Sequence record: NC_054928.1
Source: Escherichia phage vB_vPM_PD112
Direction: 5' to 3' (one strand)
Length of the DNA stretch: 64,000 bases
Positions 19,394-28,060 of the stretch are shown here, piece after piece. Both the position numbers and the translations under genes were made by a program. The notes below the pieces were generated by a model that did not search any database, had not been told where the DNA came from, and was given only the letters and a program-made list of their open reading frames with translations. Every line of letters begins with the position of its first letter. Within the stretch, counting starts at the first letter, position 1.

Positions 19394-20362
19394 TTATTTC
19401 AGAAGAGTAACCTCAGCAATTTCTTGCCAACCGTTTTTGTCGGTCATAATAAAGTCAGCAAGATAAAGTGCAGTACGCAGTGAAACATTGCGTAAACGGT
19501 TAACATTGACTTTCATCCATGATAATGCTTTATAAGTTTCTTCATCAGAAAGACCGCGCTTTTGCATCATGTCGGTTGAAAGAATAACATCTTCAACCCT
19601 GACCATAATTTCTTCATTAGTGTGAACACCCAAATCCAAATAAACTGAGCGGGATACTAATGCTTGTAAATGTGGAGCAAGTTTAGTACCACGGTCTAAT
19701 TCGCGGTCAATGTCAACGTTTGTGATAAAAACAATCGTTCCTTTAAATTCAAACTCACGCTCAATGCCTTTTTCTTCTAAGTAAGAAGATGCAGTGCTCC
19801 AGCAGACTTTACGGGTCTCTCCAGTGTCCAGAGCGGCTTTTAGAAGATTAAGAATGTCCATATCAGAGAAAACATCCACATCATCAATCAAAAGGACAGA
19901 ATTCTCTTCACGATTATTCCAAAGTTGTTCATAAAGACCGATACCGGAGATTTTACCGTTAATGCTTTTATATTCAATGTATCCATTATCATTTGCTTTA
20001 TTCAAAGCTTTATCTAAAGAATACGTTTTACCAATACCTGCTGCACCAGAGATAATTAATGAACGAATGTTTCCGTTAATAATACCATTCGTCATCATTC
20101 CCATAACATTAAATCTTTTATTAATGCGGGTTTTCATATCTTCATACGATTCTTTAACTTCTTCAACTTTTACACCATCATATGAAATGTCTGATTTGTA
20201 AACCCAAACACCGCGACGTTTACCGTCAATTTCAACAAAAACTTTACCATCTCCTTGTGCATCTACCGGAGCATTATCTGGGAACCATTCACCTAAGAGC
20301 TCAAAAGTTCCAGAGATTTCTTTACCGAAGTAGATACCCTTATTGATAGTTACAGTTTTCAT
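19394..20362 (-). CDS. P-loop ATPase (AAA-like)
   Basis: Walker A GAAGIGKT, Walker B LLIDDVD; ATG at residue 5 with GGAGAA SD; own early promoter. Confidence 0.6.
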   Translation of the reverse strand: MKTVTINKGIYFGKEISGTFELLGEWFPDNAPVDAQGDGKVFVEIDGKRRGVWVYKSDISYDGVKVEEVKESYEDMKTRINKRFNVMGMMTNGIINGNIRSLIISGAAGIGKTYSLDKALNKANDNGYIEYKSINGKISGIGLYEQLWNNREENSVLLIDDVDVFSDMDILNLLKAALDTGETRKVCWSTASSYLEEKGIEREFEFKGTIVFITNVDIDRELDRGTKLAPHLQALVSRSVYLDLGVHTNEEIMVRVEDVILSTDMMQKRGLSDEETYKALSWMKVNVNRLRNVSLRTALYLADFIMTDKNGWQEIAEVTLLK

Positions 20363-20398
20363 TTTATTCTCCAATTTTACATTTGTTTTGATAGGGTA

Positions 20399-20428
20399 AT
20401 AGTATCACACTACTACCCTGCTGTAAAC
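20399..20428 (-). promoter_or_regulatory. T4-type early promoter
   Basis: GTTTACA N17 TGATACTAT on minus strand, upstream of ATPase gene. Confidence 0.5.
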
Positions 20429-20431
20429 AAT

Positions 20432-20695
20432 TTATTTTAATGTTCGCCAAATTTTTACTGCTTCGCGACGAGATACTTCTACAGCTCCAAGTTCTACAGC
20501 TTTTTGGCGTCGCCGAGCGTGTAAGTCATAATGTTTAATGCGTTTATCTTGAAACCAAGAACGTTTCATTCCTATTGCTTCTGCCATTTCGTGAAGCTCT
20601 TCAATATCTCCATCAGTGAACATATGACAATTTTTAGTTGGATGACCGCGAAGTTTCCATCCATGATTCATTAAAACATCTACGTAAACTGTCAT
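20432..20695 (-). CDS. DUF4031-like small protein
   Basis: MTVYVDVL...HMF...ELHEMAEAIG...SWFQ pattern recalled from DUF4031 family. Confidence 0.5.
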   Translation of the reverse strand: MTVYVDVLMNHGWKLRGHPTKNCHMFTDGDIEELHEMAEAIGMKRSWFQDKRIKHYDLHARRRQKAVELGAVEVSRREAVKIWRTLK

Positions 20696-20841
20696 TGATT
20701 CTTCTCCAAATAAGTTTCGATAATTTTCTGAGCGAGATAAACTGCATTATCTTCAGTTGCATCTTCTAAGAAACTTTCAAAACACTCTGAAATTTCTTCT
20801 GTGTCAATCAACTTTTTTACTTCAATTGGTGTAATTTTCAT
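20692..20841 (-). CDS. small hypothetical ORF (49 aa, below track cutoff)
   Basis: Hand translation MKITPIEVKK...; stop overlaps downstream ATG (ATGA); sits just downstream of an early promoter. Confidence 0.4.
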   Translation of the reverse strand: MKITPIEVKKLIDTEEISECFESFLEDATEDNAVYLAQKIIETYLEKNQ

Positions 20842-20878
20842 TTTGTTTTTCCGTTTAAGTGTTTGTTTTGATAGTTGT

Positions 20879-20908
20879 ATAGTACCATAAAGCTTTATGC
20901 TTGTAAAC
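20879..20908 (-). promoter_or_regulatory. T4-type early promoter
   Basis: GTTTACA N17 TGGTACTAT; follows terminator hairpin. Confidence 0.5.
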
Positions 20909-20937
20909 CGTTTTGTGAAAAATTTTTGAAATAAAAA

Positions 20938-20958
20938 AGGGAGCCCGAAGGCTCCCTA
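20938..20958 (-). terminator. rho-independent terminator after nucleotidyltransferase gene
   Basis: GGGAGCC-TTCG-GGCTCCC hairpin followed by T-run on minus strand. Confidence 0.65.
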
Positions 20959-21972
20959 TCATTTATAATAACTTCGGTGGTTTTCAAGATAGACCTTCTC
21001 AAGGAAGTCATCCCAGAAACTCATGTCTACTGTTTTAGGCATACCGTTCTTAGAAGCTTCAGTAGATGCTGCTTCTACTTGATCGACCACATCTTCCAAA
21101 AACTCTTGAACCGTTTTAAATGGATGTTTACCCAACTTCACGTCAAGAATAAATGGAGCGTCTTGAAGTGGATAAACCAAGTCACCAGTTTTGTAAATTT
21201 CCAATAGTTGAAGTCCACCACGACAAGCATGGCTCAGAGCTTTCCAGTCAATACCTTCGTTGGCTTTGGCCTTACGGGCACGTTCACCATATTCAGCATC
21301 TAATTTGTTCAGTGACTGCTTAAGCTCAATAAGAGAAAGCGTTGTCTGATATTTACGACCCAACACAGTGTAGAACATTTGCGGGCCTGTTTTCTCATAA
21401 TTATGGAACACCCATTCACAGAACTCGTTTTCTGGAAGACGATGCTTAATATCTTCAACTTTAGTGCGACGAAGTCTATCAGGGATTCCTTCTTGATAGT
21501 CGACCCACTGGTCAGGGATTTGATTAACTACTTTCAATACATCACGTAATGCGGCCAAACGAGAACCCTTGACACCGTATTTAGAAGCTTGCTTACGGAC
21601 ATATCCTAAATAGGATTTCATGTTAGTCGTATAAAAACGAGAACGGTTGTCTTGAATAAACTTCCACACATCAGGCAAATCAGATTTAACCACTAGCTCA
21701 GGTGGAGTGTGAAGCATATCTAATGCTACAGTTTCACCATCTGCTGCTAATTTAAAGAAATACTTAAGACTGTATAGTTCATGGTCAATATCATCTTTAG
21801 TGTTTTTAGATGATGTGTTGTTAGTGTTTTTACTCATGTGCTCTTTAACGTTTCCAATAAGAATATCACGAGCAGGAGGAACAAAGATTTCTTTAAAATC
21901 TACATCAGATTCTGGAGTAGAAGTTCCATAAAGATGACTACCAAAATAACTTTTCATTACTGTTTTCATCAT
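20959..21972 (-). CDS. Pol-beta superfamily nucleotidyltransferase-fold protein
   Basis: N-terminal GSHLYGTSTPESDVDF (GS...DxD NTase signature); 337 aa with helical C-terminal half; terminator hairpin directly downstream. Confidence 0.55.
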   Translation of the reverse strand: MMKTVMKSYFGSHLYGTSTPESDVDFKEIFVPPARDILIGNVKEHMSKNTNNTSSKNTKDDIDHELYSLKYFFKLAADGETVALDMLHTPPELVVKSDLPDVWKFIQDNRSRFYTTNMKSYLGYVRKQASKYGVKGSRLAALRDVLKVVNQIPDQWVDYQEGIPDRLRRTKVEDIKHRLPENEFCEWVFHNYEKTGPQMFYTVLGRKYQTTLSLIELKQSLNKLDAEYGERARKAKANEGIDWKALSHACRGGLQLLEIYKTGDLVYPLQDAPFILDVKLGKHPFKTVQEFLEDVVDQVEAASTEASKNGMPKTVDMSFWDDFLEKVYLENHRSYYK

Positions 21973-21978
21973 TCAGCC

Positions 21979-22431
21979 TTATATTCCAATAACAGGACAC
22001 ACTTTAGCTTTACGAGCTTTTAAAAATTCAACGATAATCGATTTCTTGGGTTGAATAGGAGGTAAACCTTTATACGCCCTATCAATGTTTTCTACGTGTA
22101 AAGCATAATCCTTTTTCCATTTATAATCTTTATATTTTTCACGCAAATGTGCAGGAATAACAAATGAACCGATAATAAGTAAAACAACAAAAAGCGCAAG
22201 TATAAATGCCGATGGAAGAAGAATCCATAAACTACCGAAAATAAGCCAACGTTGTAGGCTTTCTGCACAAATAATTGTTAGCCCTACGAGTATAGCACAT
22301 CCAAAAATAGAAACGAAAAATGTAGGAATGGCAATAGACCAAAAATATGCGCATAGTGTCTTAGGTCGTTGCCATTCATCGTTAAACAATTTGAATAATT
22401 TATAGTGCCAAGAGTTTTCATTAATAATCAT
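21979..22431 (-). CDS. integral membrane protein (2-3 TM helices)
   Basis: Long hydrophobic stretches; ATG start. Confidence 0.55.
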   Translation of the reverse strand: MIINENSWHYKLFKLFNDEWQRPKTLCAYFWSIAIPTFFVSIFGCAILVGLTIICAESLQRWLIFGSLWILLPSAFILALFVVLLIIGSFVIPAHLREKYKDYKWKKDYALHVENIDRAYKGLPPIQPKKSIIVEFLKARKAKVCPVIGI

Positions 22432-22433
22432 AA

Positions 22434-22955
22434 TTATCCTTTCATTGAAGGTGTAACAGTTGTTAAATACTTAATCATAGCCTCAGCTTCTGATTTTGAT
22501 AATGAAATTTCTCCATTGTTTTGACGAATAGAAATAAAATCCGGATGACGGTCACCACCAGCTTTTAAAACACACATATAAGTATCAGTTTCATCTTCAA
22601 TATTTGAAATGATTGAAGCAGTTCCACATGAATGCGGTTTTTGATAAATCAATACAGCTTTTCTTCCGCCATTTGACTGTTCATAAACTTTTAATACATC
22701 AAACAAATCACTTCTTTTATCAATAGCTAAAATGTTATTTTCATCTTCAATGTTAAATCCTTCGGATACTTCATAAAGTGTCACCCATAAATCGCCAATA
22801 TCAATAACAGCGTTCACTTTTCCATGACTTTCAAGAGCATGACAAATTTTCTTGATTTCGTCATAACTCATTTTAATAATATCATCTCCTTGACTAAGAA
22901 AGATGTCATTTTTAAATTCAACACGAATTAAACCGCTTCCACTTGAAATAAACAT
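22434..22955 (-). CDS. hypothetical protein, paralog A of tandem pair
   Basis: C-terminal ...EGFNIEDENN...SKSEAEAMIKYLTTVTPSM resembles next gene. Confidence 0.5.
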   Translation of the reverse strand: MFISSGSGLIRVEFKNDIFLSQGDDIIKMSYDEIKKICHALESHGKVNAVIDIGDLWVTLYEVSEGFNIEDENNILAIDKRSDLFDVLKVYEQSNGGRKAVLIYQKPHSCGTASIISNIEDETDTYMCVLKAGGDRHPDFISIRQNNGEISLSKSEAEAMIKYLTTVTPSMKG

Positions 22956-22961
22956 ATTTCC

Positions 22962-23504
22962 TCACTTTGAAATCATAGTTGGAATAACAGAATCAAGATA
23001 AGTCTTTAGCGCAATAGCTTCGTCTTTGGTAAATGTGACAATATGTGCTCGAGAATCATCAATTTGACGAATAGTTAAGACATCTCCTTCTTCATAGCAT
23101 TTTGATACATTTAAAACAGTTTCATCATTCTGATCGCACTGATCGCAAGCGTTAGTAATAATAGCATTGCAATTTTTAAGCCATTTTAAACTATGTTTTC
23201 TTTCATTAGAATAATAAAAATATTTAATGTAAGTTATAAAATTATCCCAATTATTAATTGATAAGCATATTGACTCGCTTTCAATGTTAAATCCTGGGCA
23301 TAAAGAATAGAAATGAATTTTATGCTCATCATTAATGCTTACAATTTTATCAGTATAAGGATATTCAATTTGGGTTAAATGAATGATTTCACTAGGCGTA
23401 AAATATAGCATATCGTCTTCTTGCGTCAAACGATACATGTTATTTACTTTTTCTATAGCCAATTCACCAAAAAGCGGACTAACTTCTAGTACTAATCGTT
23501 TCAT
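22962..23504 (-). CDS. hypothetical protein, paralog B of tandem pair
   Basis: Track ORF from GTG; ATG at residue 8; shares ...PGFNIESES...TKDEAIALKTYLDSVIPTM with paralog A. Confidence 0.5.
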   Translation of the reverse strand: MKRLVLEVSPLFGELAIEKVNNMYRLTQEDDMLYFTPSEIIHLTQIEYPYTDKIVSINDEHKIHFYSLCPGFNIESESICLSINNWDNFITYIKYFYYSNERKHSLKWLKNCNAIITNACDQCDQNDETVLNVSKCYEEGDVLTIRQIDDSRAHIVTFTKDEAIALKTYLDSVIPTMISK

Positions 23505-23505
23505 A

Positions 23506-23772
23506 TTAATCCTTTTTATTGGCACGAATTTGTTCTAAAATTTTAGAATATTCCTTTGTATCAGATTTACGTACAATTGATACACTATAAGGCATACTAT
23601 CGGTGTCTTTTATAAAGCGTTCCAAATGACACTCTAACAAAATTTCTGGATTATAAATCGTGTACATCAAATTACCTGTTGCTCCACGATATTGGCAGAT
23701 TTCTACTGATTGAACACCATTCCATAATTTTGTTAAAACTAAATCACCTACTTCTAATTTAGGAAAGCCCAT
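23506..23772 (-). CDS. hypothetical protein
   Basis: Track ORF from TTG; ATG at residue 5. Confidence 0.45.
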   Translation of the reverse strand: MGFPKLEVGDLVLTKLWNGVQSVEICQYRGATGNLMYTIYNPEILLECHLERFIKDTDSMPYSVSIVRKSDTKEYSKILEQIRANKKD

Positions 23773-23773
23773 G

Positions 23774-23959
23774 TTATTCACCAATTAAAGTTTCAATATA
23801 AGAATCAAGATTTACTTTAGCTTCTTCCATAAGAGTTTTGTATTTAATCTTGTTAGCATGTCCGGAGAAAGCTGATTCATCAATAATTGTTGATGTATGA
23901 ACAGCTTTACTATACGTCTCAATTAATTCTCTTAATTTAAAAGCCTGCTCACTTGTCAT
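23774..23959 (-). CDS. hypothetical protein
   Basis: ORF track; ATG start. Confidence 0.45.
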   Translation of the reverse strand: MTSEQAFKLRELIETYSKAVHTSTIIDESAFSGHANKIKYKTLMEEAKVNLDSYIETLIGE

Positions 23960-24091
23960 TACATACTCCTTTGAATAATATCAATAATGTTATTCACCAG
24001 ATTATAAGTAAACATTGGGTAATTATATTGAATCATCACATACACAACAAACAAAACTTTCATTCTCTTCTCCTTGGCAGTTGACAAGATT

Positions 24092-24121
24092 ACTATACCA
24101 TAACCTTGCCAACTTGTAAAC
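24092..24121 (-). promoter_or_regulatory. T4-type early promoter
   Basis: GTTTACA ... TGGTATAGT on minus strand. Confidence 0.45.
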
Positions 24122-24123
24122 CA

Positions 24124-24297
24124 TTAAATGACGTTTTCAATAAAATTCTGAAGCTTTGTATGAGCATCAACCATGATTTTCATTTCTTCTTTGGCGAAAG
24201 CTGTACCTCTTTCCCGAGCAGAACACTCATAGTCAGAAACTGCATTAGCATATTCTTCAATTAGTTTCATTAAAAACATCTGCTTTTCAGTTTTCAT
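24124..24297 (-). CDS. small hypothetical ORF (about 57 aa, below track cutoff)
   Basis: Hand translation MKTEKQMFLMKLIEEY...; fills gap 23960-24286. Confidence 0.3.
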   Translation of the reverse strand: MKTEKQMFLMKLIEEYANAVSDYECSARERGTAFAKEEMKIMVDAHTKLQNFIENVI

Positions 24298-24481
24298 TAT
24301 TCCACCTAATCATTTCAAGATATTGAACTAACTTAGCTTTGGATTTATCCAAATCCTTTTTAGCTGCTTCTATACCGTCGTATGAATATCCTTCACAATG
24401 CTCAACTGCCAATTGATATGAATCTATTTCAATATCACGTGCTAATTTAATGATTTTTTCAAACTGTTCGCGTGTTAGCAT
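24287..24481 (-). CDS. hypothetical protein
   Basis: ORF track; ATG start. Confidence 0.45.
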   Translation of the reverse strand: MLTREQFEKIIKLARDIEIDSYQLAVEHCEGYSYDGIEAAKKDLDKSKAKLVQYLEMIRWNNEN

Positions 24482-24483
24482 AA

Positions 24484-24702
24484 TTAAACTCTCGTATTAT
24501 GATCGATAATTTCATCAAGAAACATATCTAACGCTTCTACAGCATTATCAACTTTAGCTTCAAGTTCTTCAATACCTGATAAGGCAAAGTTAATGCGTTC
24601 CTCATCTGCTTTACGAATTGAAGCCACTAATTCCTTGATTTTATCCGCTTGTTCGATACTAATCATTATTCCACCACATATGAAAGAGAGAATATTGCAC
24701 AC
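24484..24702 (-). CDS. hypothetical protein
   Basis: ORF track; GTG start. Confidence 0.4.
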
Positions 24703-24854
24703 GCCATGTGAGTTGCAACTTCATCACACATATTATAACGTTTCTTAAGAAGTTCTACAAGTTCTTCACTAGTAACTTCATCCATGTCGACGAAAAAATC
24801 ACCATTAATGATGACGTAGATATTTCCTTCTTGATTGAGTGCTTCAATTTTCAT
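24666..24854 (-). CDS. hypothetical protein
   Basis: Track start (TTG) overlaps an early promoter; ATG at residue 16 with GAGGAG SD. Confidence 0.45.
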
Positions 24855-24882
24855 GATGTTCTCCTCTTTATCCGATGGTTGT

Positions 24883-24912
24883 ATAGTATCACAGCTCAAA
24901 TGGAAAGTAAAC
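24883..24912 (-). promoter_or_regulatory. T4-type early promoter
   Basis: GTTTAC ... TGATACTAT; follows terminator. Confidence 0.45.
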
Positions 24913-24919
24913 CGGTAAA

Positions 24920-24948
24920 ATGAAAAAAGTCTCCCGAAGGAGACTAAT
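24920..24948 (-). terminator. rho-independent terminator
   Basis: GTCTCC-TTCG-GGAGAC hairpin then TTTTTT on minus strand, just downstream of ORF 24950-25336. Confidence 0.6.
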
Positions 24949-24949
24949 G

Positions 24950-25336
24950 TTATTCGAGGGAAAGAAGATACTTACTCTGGTAAAACATTCCAGTAATATC
25001 ATCTATCGTGCTTTGAATGGCTGGAGGCATTTCTTTATAAATGCTGTTAGATTGGTCTAGTATACGATCAATCATTTTAATTGTGTCGGTAGGAAGTTTA
25101 CTGGCATCCGGAATTGACGGCGTGTATTTTCTACCAGAATACCCCAAATATTGCTCACCAAATTTATCAATCAAATCTGGCAACTCGGAGAAAATAAAAT
25201 CGTATGCTTTGTGTCTAGCATAATTTTTAGTTTCAAAATGCGCAGAATGAAAATAAGCTTGTGCAGCCATTAATAAACCTAAGTATTCATCTGCCTTTGA
25301 AGGTTTTCCACTTTGTGAAAAGTCGCTGAATTTCAT
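24950..25336 (-). CDS. hypothetical protein (rI.-1 position)
   Basis: ORF track; ATG start; terminator hairpin directly downstream. Confidence 0.5.
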
Positions 25337-25626
25337 TCAGTCTCCAATTTAATGTTCATAATTCTAGCGTATGATTGTGCCATCTCCGCGCCTCGCTCTA
25401 TACATTCAAAATCGGAAGAGCACGGGTCATTTTTATAAGTCGTTCGCATAAAACTATAGAACTGTTCAGATGATTCTACGCTTTTGTTTTCAAAAAGCAT
25501 ATAAACGTGTCTAATACCAGATTCCATAAATTTATCAAAATGAGGATCGACATTCGCTTCAATCGGTGGAGATAAAGCAAACGCTAATCCTAGCATGGCA
25601 AATAGTGCCGTTGCTTTTAAGGCCAT
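25333..25626 (-). CDS. rI: lysis inhibition regulator RI (membrane-anchored periplasmic antiholin)
   Basis: 97 aa; N-terminal signal-anchor; matches recalled T4 RI. Confidence 0.85.
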   Translation of the reverse strand: MALKATALFAMLGLAFALSPPIEANVDPHFDKFMESGIRHVYMLFENKSVESSEQFYSFMRTTYKNDPCSSDFECIERGAEMAQSYARIMNIKLETE

Positions 25627-25638
25627 AAAGGCCTCCTA

Positions 25639-25851
25639 TCATTTTTGTCCTGTATTTACTTTATGCCGATGCACGGCCTTAACTTTATCAAGGTATTTTT
25701 CAAAATTTCGCAATCTAGTATAGTCTGCCGGAGATTGGTTGAGTGATACTTCTCGACGCAAAGCTGAAATGATATTTCCAACTTCCCTACGAATTTCATC
25801 TAATTGAAGAACAGTAAGATTGCGAAGTTGCTTTTCAGTTAATTGTAGCAT
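25639..25851 (-). CDS. hypothetical protein (rI.1 position)
   Basis: ORF track; ATG start. Confidence 0.5.
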
Positions 25852-25893
25852 ATATACCCCTTTAGTTAGATAAACCTATTTATAACTTTTGCA

Positions 25894-26475
25894 CTAACCG
25901 AGCTTTTTAGTTAATTCATTCCAATGTTTTCTACACAAAGAAACATAAATTTCATCACCAATACAGATTTGATTACCTTCTTTAACGGGTGTTCCATCTT
26001 CCATTAATCGAGCTGTCATAATAGCTTTTTTACCACAATGACAAACTGCCTTTAGTTCAATAAGTTTATCTGCAATCGCCAAAAGTTCTTTAGAACCTTC
26101 AAATAATTTTCCGGCGAAATCAGTCCTTAGACCATAGGCCATAACAGGAACATTATATGTATCAACAATTCGGCTCAATTGATGCACCTGTTCAGTTTTT
26201 AAAAACTGGGCTTCATCTACAAATACGCAATGAATATCTTTTTGTGCTTCAGCCCATTTATAGAACTCGAAAATATCCATATCATCTGTAATAATATTTG
26301 CTTCCTGCTTAATTCCAATGCGAGAAACGACTTCACAGACAGAATCGCGAGTATCAATAGCAGGCTTAAGAACTAATACACTCATTCCGCGCTCTTTATA
26401 ATTATGCGCAGCAGTCAAAAGAGAAGCAGATTTTCCAGCATTCATTGCTGCATAAGTAAAAATTAAACTCGCCAT
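25894..26475 (-). CDS. tk: thymidine kinase
   Basis: 193 aa; P-loop AMNAGKS; C-terminal Zn cysteines; length as T4 tk. Confidence 0.9.
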   Translation of the reverse strand: MASLIFTYAAMNAGKSASLLTAAHNYKERGMSVLVLKPAIDTRDSVCEVVSRIGIKQEANIITDDMDIFEFYKWAEAQKDIHCVFVDEAQFLKTEQVHQLSRIVDTYNVPVMAYGLRTDFAGKLFEGSKELLAIADKLIELKAVCHCGKKAIMTARLMEDGTPVKEGNQICIGDEIYVSLCRKHWNELTKKLG

Positions 26476-26484
26476 ATCACCTTC

Positions 26485-26670
26485 TTAAAGCGTATTCACA
26501 TAAGCTATTAATTCGTTTTCTTTCTTATCAAACCGATCAGCAAATTCTTCCTGCTGTTCGGGAGATAGCGGGCCGTATTCATCATAAAAGGTGTTTGCTT
26601 CTGTATGCTCATCTAGAAGTTCATGGATAAGCTCAAACAATTTATCTTTTTGTTCTTTACTCAGACTCAT
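26485..26670 (-). CDS. hypothetical acidic protein
   Basis: ORF track; ATG start. Confidence 0.45.
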   Translation of the reverse strand: MSLSKEQKDKLFELIHELLDEHTEANTFYDEYGPLSPEQQEEFADRFDKKENELIAYVNTL

Positions 26671-26840
26671 ATATTAATTTCCAGGAGTTTTAAAATAATT
26701 CGCTTTTGCTTAAATATTTCCATAGTTAAATGACCAGTATCTTTTTGACCGATTCCAATGGCAAAACCTTTATTGACAGCGAGTTCAATTAAATTATCAA
26801 GCTCACGTAACACTTCATACTGTAACTCAGAACTATTCAT
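26667..26840 (-). CDS. small hypothetical ORF (57 aa, below track cutoff)
   Basis: Hand translation MNSSELQYEVLREL...; stop overlaps next ATG (ATGA). Confidence 0.35.
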   Translation of the reverse strand: MNSSELQYEVLRELDNLIELAVNKGFAIGIGQKDTGHLTMEIFKQKRIILKLLEINI

Positions 26841-27049
26841 TTCGGTTTACCTTCTTTAACGAAATCTGGATAAGGATAAAATCCCGAATAAAATCCTTCA
26901 CCTTTATGATTGATGCATCCTTTATTAGAACAATAGCACCAATAATCGAAATCACAAGCCATTTCATCGTTGCATAAAGCAAAAACAACTGGCCATTTAC
27001 ACTTTTCACAATGGGCATTTTTAAGAATACTAGTTTGGCTCATAACCAT
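26837..27049 (-). CDS. cysteine-rich small protein (putative Zn-binding)
   Basis: Ten Cys in 70 aa; preferred over overlapping 26833-27018 frame. Confidence 0.45.
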   Translation of the reverse strand: MVMSQTSILKNAHCEKCKWPVVFALCNDEMACDFDYWCYCSNKGCINHKGEGFYSGFYPYPDFVKEGKPK

Positions 27050-27267
27050 GTAACCTTTAAGCAGTATTCTTCTACATGCTGTTTACGACCTTTCTTATCA
27101 ATAAAGGTATATTCAACGAATGTTCCAATGTAGTCTTTATCTACGTCATGTGGACTATTAATTGGGCATTTAGTACGGCAAATGCGTTCCCATTGACGAA
27201 TAATTACTGCCTTATTCTTTGGGTCATATGGATGTGGATAATGTATATTCATAATAATGGTTCCCAA
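27040..27267 (-). CDS. hypothetical protein
   Basis: ORF track. Confidence 0.45.
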   Translation of the reverse strand: MGTIIMNIHYPHPYDPKNKAVIIRQWERICRTKCPINSPHDVDKDYIGTFVEYTFIDKKGRKQHVEEYCLKVTWL

Positions 27268-27716
27268 TCAACAATCACAATTTCTAATTTAGAGGAATAT
27301 GTATCTAAAATCCCCTCAATAATATCCCAGTTCCCTTTACCTATGCCTGCACCAATCCTAGGCATATAGATTGTAGGTTTAATCAGTTTATTTTCACCAA
27401 ACTCATTTAATTCTAACATACAATTCATTAAAGCGGAATACTCAAAATTTGGCCCTGGTTGAAATTGAGTATAAAGGTTGAAGCAATACGCTTTATGAGT
27501 CCTAAAGTATTTTTCATAGACTGAGTAAGAACCAAGTTTAGTTACATCACCCCATTCAGTCTGTAATTTATCAGCTTCCAAAATTTTAGGGAAAGCTTTG
27601 GTTAATTGACCCGCTACGCCTGAACCCATAGTATGAAAACAATTGCATCCATGCGCAATATTTTTACCTTCAGCGAAAAGGGCGACAATATCGCCCTTGA
27701 TATATTTTACAATCAT
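27249..27716 (-). CDS. macrodomain protein (ADP-ribose binding/processing fold)
   Basis: N-terminal IKGDIVALFAEGKNIAHGCNCFHTMGSGVAGQL fits macro consensus (KGDIT...NAAN...GGGV). Confidence 0.55.
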   Translation of the reverse strand: MIVKYIKGDIVALFAEGKNIAHGCNCFHTMGSGVAGQLTKAFPKILEADKLQTEWGDVTKLGSYSVYEKYFRTHKAYCFNLYTQFQPGPNFEYSALMNCMLELNEFGENKLIKPTIYMPRIGAGIGKGNWDIIEGILDTYSSKLEIVIVDWEPLL

Positions 27717-28060
27717 CTAGTACTCAATCCTCGATTATAAGAATCTACCAAACGGTCAACCATTGAATGACAAGCGGCTTTATCTTTCTCCTCCGCAACT
27801 GAACATTCTAAGGTATTCCACTTTTTAGCATATCGTTTTAATAATGTATCGTTTTTGTATCTGCTTGATTTATCTCTTTCTCCGTCTTTATATGCATATA
27901 TTAATTTCTGCGCAAATTCAGCTTGGCATGCTTTATTTTTCCCACAATAATCTGCCGCAGTGCGATTTACATACTCTCTAATTTCAGTATATGATGTATT
28001 TGCTAACGCAGAAGCAGAAAATGAAATTAATCCTATACATAAAACCAAAATTTTAGTCAT
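27713..28060 (-). CDS. secreted/periplasmic small protein
   Basis: Cleavable signal peptide MTKILVLCIGLISFSASALA; four Cys. Confidence 0.5.
   Translation of the reverse strand: MTKILVLCIGLISFSASALANTSYTEIREYVNRTAADYCGKNKACQAEFAQKLIYAYKDGERDKSSRYKNDTLLKRYAKKWNTLECSVAEEKDKAACHSMVDRLVDSYNRGLSTR

Noticed and set aside
20959-22431. Calling the NTase plus TM protein pair a CBASS system
   Set aside because: Only a generic GS...DxD nucleotidyltransferase signature is visible; CD-NTase-specific features and effector identity cannot be established by eye, so it is reported as a candidate only.
26833-27018. Alternative 61-codon minus-strand frame overlapping 26837-27049
   Set aside because: The overlapping frame encoding a Cys-rich protein is preferred; the two cannot both be real over the same nucleotides.
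27713-28060. Naming the 115-aa ORF vs (valyl-tRNA synthetase modifier) on length and position
   Set aside because: It carries a clear signal peptide and paired cysteines, inconsistent with a cytoplasmic modifier; the mapping of the tk.1-vs.1 series onto the seven ORFs here is ambiguous.
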